A DNA stretch of 64,000 nucleotides from the human T2T-CHM13v2.0 reference genome, Homo sapiens: the NCBI RefSeq assembly GCF_009914755.1, contig NC_060926.1. One strand, written 5' to 3'. Below the pieces are notes generated by a model. The model saw nothing but the letters and a program-made list of their open reading frames with translations, had not been told where the DNA came from and did no database searches. The first letter of the stretch is position 1. Each line of letters begins with the position of its first letter. A program made the position numbers and the translations under genes. This document shows positions 58,217 to 64,000 of the stretch, one piece after another.

Positions 58217-60961
58217 CTGTGAGATCAGTTCAGGGCAGCCTGAGGCCCAGGAAGAAATCTCTGAGGACCTGATTTACCTACCCTAAAAATTGTGTGGAGC
58301 ACCAGCCCTCCAGCCAGCCCTACCCTCATGGAACTTACAATGTGGCAGGGAAGGCAGACATTATCTGGGAAATTAGGCGTCAAGCAGGATGGCAGTGAGG
58401 AAAGGGGAAATACAGGCATCTCCTGGGCCCTGATGCAGAGGAGCTGCCTTGTCTAGAGAGCTGGAGAAGGCTCTGGAGCAAGTGCTTAGCATGAGATGTT
58501 GAAGATGAGAGCAAGTTTTCCATGGGAAGAGGAGAGGGAAGAGCAGTCCAGGCAGGGAAGGACACATGCAAAGGCCCAGATGCAAGAGACAGGGCAGCCG
58601 GGTCCAAGGCTGAAGGAGCCCAGTGAATCTCAGGGAGGCGGATGGGCAACTCGGGAGGATGTGGCTGGTTGATCCTTCAGGGCCTCATGATCCTTACCAC
58701 TGAGAACTTGGGACCTTATCCTAAAGGCCATGGGAAGCTAATGAAGTCTTTTAGGCAAGAAAGGATATGATCAAATTTATACTTAAAAAAAGTTACCCTG
58801 ATAAGGCTTGGGACTTGGAGCCCACACCCACAGAGGTTAGGAAATGGGTTTGAGAAGAATAGAGATCCCACCAGACCAAGAGGCAGAGATGGCTCTGTCT
58901 GTGTTCTAGGGTTTTGCATTTTCTCTGCAGAGATTTGTTCCACTTTCCATTTAATTTCCACCCAAATGCTATTTTTTGAAACATGTTGACCTTTTCTAGA
59001 CTTAATTAAGGAAAAAGAGCTTTTTCCACATTCAGGCCAAGATGGTAAGAAGAATCTAAATGTCCTCAAAGCCATTGAGGAGCTGAGGACAGTGAGGGGA
59101 ACCAAGCCAGGCCCGGGAGTGGAGAGCACCCGCCCCCACCATGCCCCACATCACACTGTGAATATTCTGATCATGTGAGGGTCCCTCCACGGCTTTTCTC
59201 TTGTGAAGTCTTGCCCTCTGTAAAGACTTTCAAGACCCCAGCGCCACAAACTCCCCCTTCACAGAGCTGCTCAGAGAGAACAGAACTGCCCCTGCTCCTC
59301 TTCAATTTGGATGTCCTTTCTAAACTACAGTTTTCTTTTCTTTCTTTTTTTTTTTAAAGCCCTTAAAACGTCTTTCACTGCTGACATTTAAAAATGTAGG
59401 TAGGATACTTTTGTTATTATCAGCTCAGCAAATGATTTCTTTATCTAAAAGATTATTAGAGAAGGAAAGAAACATTTAATATATGCTAAGAAACAAAGAA
59501 AATAGAAAGGCATTATTTTCCAGATAAGCTCACTGTCAGTTGATGCTGTGTGTCAACACTGTGGGTGACCCAGTCTGGGAATAGACTAAAATGAGGCCCT
59601 TCCAGCCCTGAGGGCTATGGCTGATAGGGAAGGGAAATAAATACACGGTGATCCCATTGGCCACGTAAGTCCTTTCTTCAGAGGCACCGTTGAGGTAGAG
59701 GACTAAAGAATTGCTTAGGAAGAAAACAGAATGTAACACCAAAGTTAACTGCCACAGCGATTCTTTGTCTCTAAATGTACAGTTCTTTCCTCTTGACCAA
59801 GCAAAACACAACTCCAGTATTTGATTTCTGCAATGAAACTTGGGCATTTTATGGCAATTGTAGCATCTTTTAAAACCACAAAATGGGCATTTTCCCCCTA
59901 AATAGCTTCTTAATCCATTTTTAGGAGTCATCCCCTAATATTTGTCACCATTATTCTTGGTACTAGGAAACAAAAATTATTCAAGGGGCTTGCAATCTAG
60001 AGTGGGGTGGAGTGTAAACAGAAGCTCCTAGACAGGGAAATGGAGGCTTCAACCAGAGACAATCACAGTGTTACAGAGCACAGCAGGGGGAACCAAGGTG
60101 AGGGGGGTGAGCAGTGAGGGGACGAGGTTGCCCACAGAAAAGAACTTCTATTAAACAACAGCTCATAAATAAGTTATCACTTCAAATGTTTAATAAAAAC
60201 CACTACTAACTCCTAATATTAAAAAGTTTTAGGTATAACCACTATAATTTGTCTCTAACATCTCTAAAAAGCTATTCCCCCTCAAAATGTTGACAAATAC
60301 TGTCTTTTATTCCCAGTCTGAAGTGTGAATAATATTTGATCTCTGTGCTCAAGCCATTAGCAATATGTGACTCCCACTGGCTTGAGTGACCTAAAAACTG
60401 AAATTAGATCCTAGAAACAAACTTTCTCCCCTCTAAACATGCATCCACAGCTCATTTTTTTTTGCATCTATATTTTTGAAAACCGGGACAATGAAGAAAT
60501 GAGTACGGTGTTGGAGAAAAGATAAAGTCGGTGTAGTTCTGCATTAAACCAGCTTTCAAGGGTAGAATTTGTGATCATTGAATCTGTGATTATCAGAGCA
60601 AACAGAATTGTGCTTTCACAAAGCCAAGTTAAAAAAGAAGCCCACTGGTATTTTTACTTTGAGCAGATTATTCAATCTATTCGGCCATTTGTACCACACA
60701 CCCATGTACACCACTCTCTCTCTAAGAGATTGATACATGAAATAGCATTGCTATAAAGAAGACAGCAACCAAGAGTCATCTGTATTGTATACAATGTTGT
60801 GAAATCATTAATGCATCCTGTAAGTTTCTATCCAAGTATTGTAGCGTTGTTTACACTGGACAAGAGACCAATGTTTAATAAACCAGAAACACTCCACTCC
60901 ACAAAGTAAGAGTTAAAGGGAAGAGGGAATGGATTTGCAGAGACAAGTATAAGTTACTTAC

Positions 60962-61061
60962 CTGTGAATATGAATTTGAGGAAGCCAGAGGAAATAATGG
61001 ACTCCACTGTGGAGAGTTAAAAGGTTTCACAACCTTTTCCAACCTCGGTTTTCATCATTCT
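60962..61061 (-). other. ABCB11: ABCB11 non-coding exon 1 (5' UTR); TSS approximate
   Basis: Consensus donor CACAG|gtaagt at 60962/60961; sequence agaatgatgaaaaccgagg...ttcacag matches my recollection of the mRNA 5' end; lies directly downstream of the FXR element. Confidence 0.85.
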
Positions 61062-61113
61062 AAAGCACTGAACAGAATTCAAACTTTTTCAAGAACATTA
61101 TCTATTTGCCTAA

Positions 61114-61126
61114 GGATCAATGTCCC
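61114..61126 (-). promoter_or_regulatory. FXR/RXR response element (IR-1) of the BSEP promoter
   Basis: Minus strand GGGACA-t-TGATCC, an inverted repeat with 1-nt spacer about 55-65 bp upstream of the inferred TSS; this is the established bile-acid response element. Confidence 0.92.
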
Positions 61127-61227
61127 TAAGGGCAGCCCAAGCACAGTTCAGTGACATACGAGAAACATACTCAGAGCAATAACCCCAAACACAGAGTGTG
61201 CTTGGGAAACCCTCTGAGGGTGTCAAC

Positions 61228-61256
61228 AGGCCTTGGAAATTGCTGATTCACCTTGG
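61228..61256 (-). promoter_or_regulatory. NR5A2/LRH-1-like sites flanking and overlapping an ARE/MARE (NRF2-sMaf)-like site
   Basis: Minus strand CCAAGGTGA (61256-61248), TGAATCAGCA (61250-61241) and CCAAGGCCT (61236-61228); LRH-1 and NRF2 are known BSEP regulators. Confidence 0.7.
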
Positions 61257-61789
61257 AACGAGAGGCAAATTGAGCAGAGTGGGCCCAGCAAGAGCCCTGG
61301 AATTCAGGCTATCCCAACCCTTATTTTTTACAGGCCTGTAGTTGTGAAAAGTTACTTAAAAACATAACAAGACAAAAAAAAATACCTTTAAACTTTCCCC
61401 CTCAATATAAAAGATTGCTCTTGGAAAATCCCTGGTTGCAGGATCCAGATGCTCCTGGCCCAGCTATAGAGTTTTGTGGAGACAAATACCCTAAAAGAAC
61501 ATTTGAAACAGCCTTGCTCAAAAGTCTGAGTGCACAGACAACTCTTGCACCCTGGCATGGACACACCAGATGAAGCTCTGTATAAGCAAAGATGAACGAT
61601 TTTCTAAAGGTTCAAATGAACAGGTCTTGAGTCAAATAAGCATGTGGAGCTCCTCCAATATATTTGTGCTGCCTCTTCCTCTCCCTTCTTGTGAATCTTT
61701 CCATTTTTCCTACAATGTTCTTATTTTTTCTCCTTTGCCTGAGCTTACTTTTCCCTAAATGCCTCTCACTCCAGCCTTCAGCAATGAAT

Positions 61790-62000
61790 AATAATAGGCA
61801 ACATTGGTCAAGACTTGGTTGGGTGCCTGGCCCACTTCAAAAATGTTATTTGTATCACCTCATTTGGGCCTCTCAACAGCCCTAGGAGTTGGGTGCTATC
61901 ATGTCATTTCTATTTTATAGTTGGGGAAACTGAAGCACAGAGAGGTTAAATAATCCTCCTAAGGTGTAACAACTAGTAGATGTGAAGCCACATGCCAGTC
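61790..62000 (-). mobile_element. MIR SINE upstream of the promoter
   Basis: ctcaacagccctagg...attttatagttggggaaactgaagcacagagaggttaaataa. Confidence 0.75.
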
Positions 62001-62914
62001 TGTGCTAACCTTCTTCCACTCTGTGCTCTGAAATGCAATTGATGGGCCAGTGCTTCTTAATTTGCAGAAATTAAACTGTAAGATCAAATTTTCTCAATTT
62101 TAGGTTTCTCTGTCATAAATTTTTTATTAAAATTCAGCATCCACCATTTTTTCTCTATTGGAATTTATGTATAAGATGGTTTATGACTTAGCCCATAAAA
62201 CCCAAAATTATGACATATAATTTTATATGTTATTATATGTTCAAATCTCAAATATATCAAGGTCAGCAAAGAAAAGCAAGATTTCTAGATGTTTCCTCTA
62301 TGCAAACTGAATGGGTTGACTTCTGAGTTGACGCAAATGTAGTAATATTGGATTTGGCACCAATTAGGACCCAGGAAAAAAATTTTGCTTCACACAAAAC
62401 CAAAAAGGCAACACAGCTATGGGGCTGTAGCTTTGATTGGGAAAAGATTCCCAATAGAATTTTGCTACCTTTGCTGTGCTGAAGTTATTGACAGCAGTCA
62501 AAGGGTAAAAATGCCAAGAGAAATTTGTCAACTCAGGACTATAGCTGATCTGCTCACAGGTCCAAGGGTCCTAAGACTTTCCTTCTGGTGCCATGAAGAT
62601 CCAAGGGAAGATAAAAGCATAGAGTTTTAGAGCTAGAAACAACATTGTAAATATTGATATATCATCCAACAACTTCATCTTATAGATGAGAAAAGTGAAG
62701 ACAGAGTGGCCATCTGTCCAGGGCCCTGGAGAGTTCAGGGTGTCTTCCTCTGCACCCTCATGCTGGCCAGACACATCTGGGCAGTGTGAGTACTGAGTTG
62801 ATTGTGCTTAATTCACTTCAGCTATAAGCTTGTCTTCTTTATGGTTCACGGTCTGAAAATAGGTAGGGTTGTGGTCTCTACAGTCACCCAATTAAAATAC
62901 CGGCTCTTTTTGAA

Positions 62915-63420
62915 TGTTTATGTGCCAAACACTGTTCTCAGTTCTGGGATTCAGGAATGAATAAGACAGACGAGAATCTCTGCCTCAGGAATCTTACATT
63001 CTGGGGGCGGGGAGGGGGCAGTATAGAGAGGAGACAAAGAAGTAACACATACAATACATCAGATGGTGTAAATGGTATGGAGAAAAGCATTGCAGGAAAG
63101 GGATATGATAGGGAGTGTGTGTACGTATGCTGTGTGAGAGAGTGTGTTTGTGTATGTGTGTGTGTCAGTTAGCGTGTGAGGGGAGAAGGATGTTGCCATT
63201 TTTAACTGGGTTTTATGGAAGGGCCCACTGAGATGGTGACATATGAGGAATGACCTGAGGGAGGTAAAGGAACAAGTACATGGGTATCTGGGGAAACCAC
63301 ATGGGCAAAGCTCTGGGCAGGAGCATGCCTGGTGTATGTAAGGAAGCTGAACCTGGAGTGGAGTAAGCAAGACTGAAGTCAGCTGGGGATTATGTCAGTG
63401 TGGCGGGAATCATGGAGTGC
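62915..63420 (-). mobile_element. L2 fragment
   Basis: tatgtgccaaacactgttctc...gaataagacagac...ctctgcctcaggaatcttacattct L2 3' end in reverse. Confidence 0.7.
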
Positions 63421-63434
63421 CATGAGCTCACAGG

Positions 63435-63585
63435 GCAGTGGCTCTGAAAGTGTGACTACTGGACCAGCAGCAGCCTCCTCATTACCCAGTAGGAATGTAT
63501 GTTCTTGGTCCTTTCCTGAGACCTACTGAATCAGAAACTCTGGGAGTGGGGCCCAATGAGCTGAAGCTTGAGGACCACTCCTGTA
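63435..63585. mobile_element. MER5A-type hAT-Charlie MITE
   Basis: cagtggctctgaaagtgtg...ggaccagcagcagc...agacctactgaatcagaaactctgggagtggggccca. Confidence 0.8.
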
Positions 63586-64000
63586 GAGCCTTGGAGGTCA
63601 CTGTGGACCAATTTGGAACCTGTTTCAAAACCTTAGCAAAAATGTCTCAGAGAAAGCTCTAAACCACAATGGTAGAATTCAGCCAATAGTTGTTTAAAAA
63701 ATATTGAAGATTGCACTATGGAAGAGATAAAAGAAGTTGCCATTATTTTACTCTTTGAATCATTCAAAAACTGATTGAGTATCTTCTTTTTACAAGACAC
63801 TATGTCAAATGTTACGCTGGCTACCAAGTTGTACACATTACAGTTAGTGTCCTTGAGAAAGTTTTAACCTTAAAAGGATAATAAAGCTTAGTATATAAAC
63901 CAAGTAAGAATAAAAAAGAAGAACAGCAAATGTTATAATGTTTGATGCAGACCTTAAGTATTTAAAAAGTGACCCATCAGTATGGATTCTCAAAGAAGGA

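Noticed and set aside
58225-59931. Longer ORFs of 131-137 aa in intron 1
   Set aside because: No recognisable domain or exon structure; partly L2-derived; expected by chance in locally higher-GC sequence

Overview
Primate, most likely human, genomic DNA. It holds the 5' half of ABCB11 (bile salt export pump, BSEP) on the minus strand: the proximal promoter (~61.06-61.26 kb, with an FXR IR-1 element and NR5A2/LRH-1- and ARE/MARE-like motifs), non-coding exon 1 and coding exons 2-14 (codons 1-546; TMD1 and the first part of NBD1). The gene continues off the left edge. All 13 coding exons were placed by hand with GT-AG junctions and join into an intact reading frame; codon 444 is GCC (Ala, the common V444A allele). 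The introns are mostly LINE-1, Alu, L2, MIR, MaLR LTR and DNA-transposon fossils, and most ORFs in the supplied track are repeat-derived or spurious. I see no evidence of a new gene or a new biological system. The most notable non-standard features are a ~2.2 kb AT-rich modular VNTR in intron 12 with a 90-bp perfect palindrome, ~1.2 kb from the V444A exon; a ~150-bp inverted duplication in intron 1; a candidate L1 3' transduction; an internally deleted L1 with an ORF1-ORF2 junction; a uORF in exon 1; and a (UG)20 tract upstream of a 22-nt micro-exon. Repeat subfamily names, repeat boundaries and comparisons with reference sequences come from memory and are unverified.
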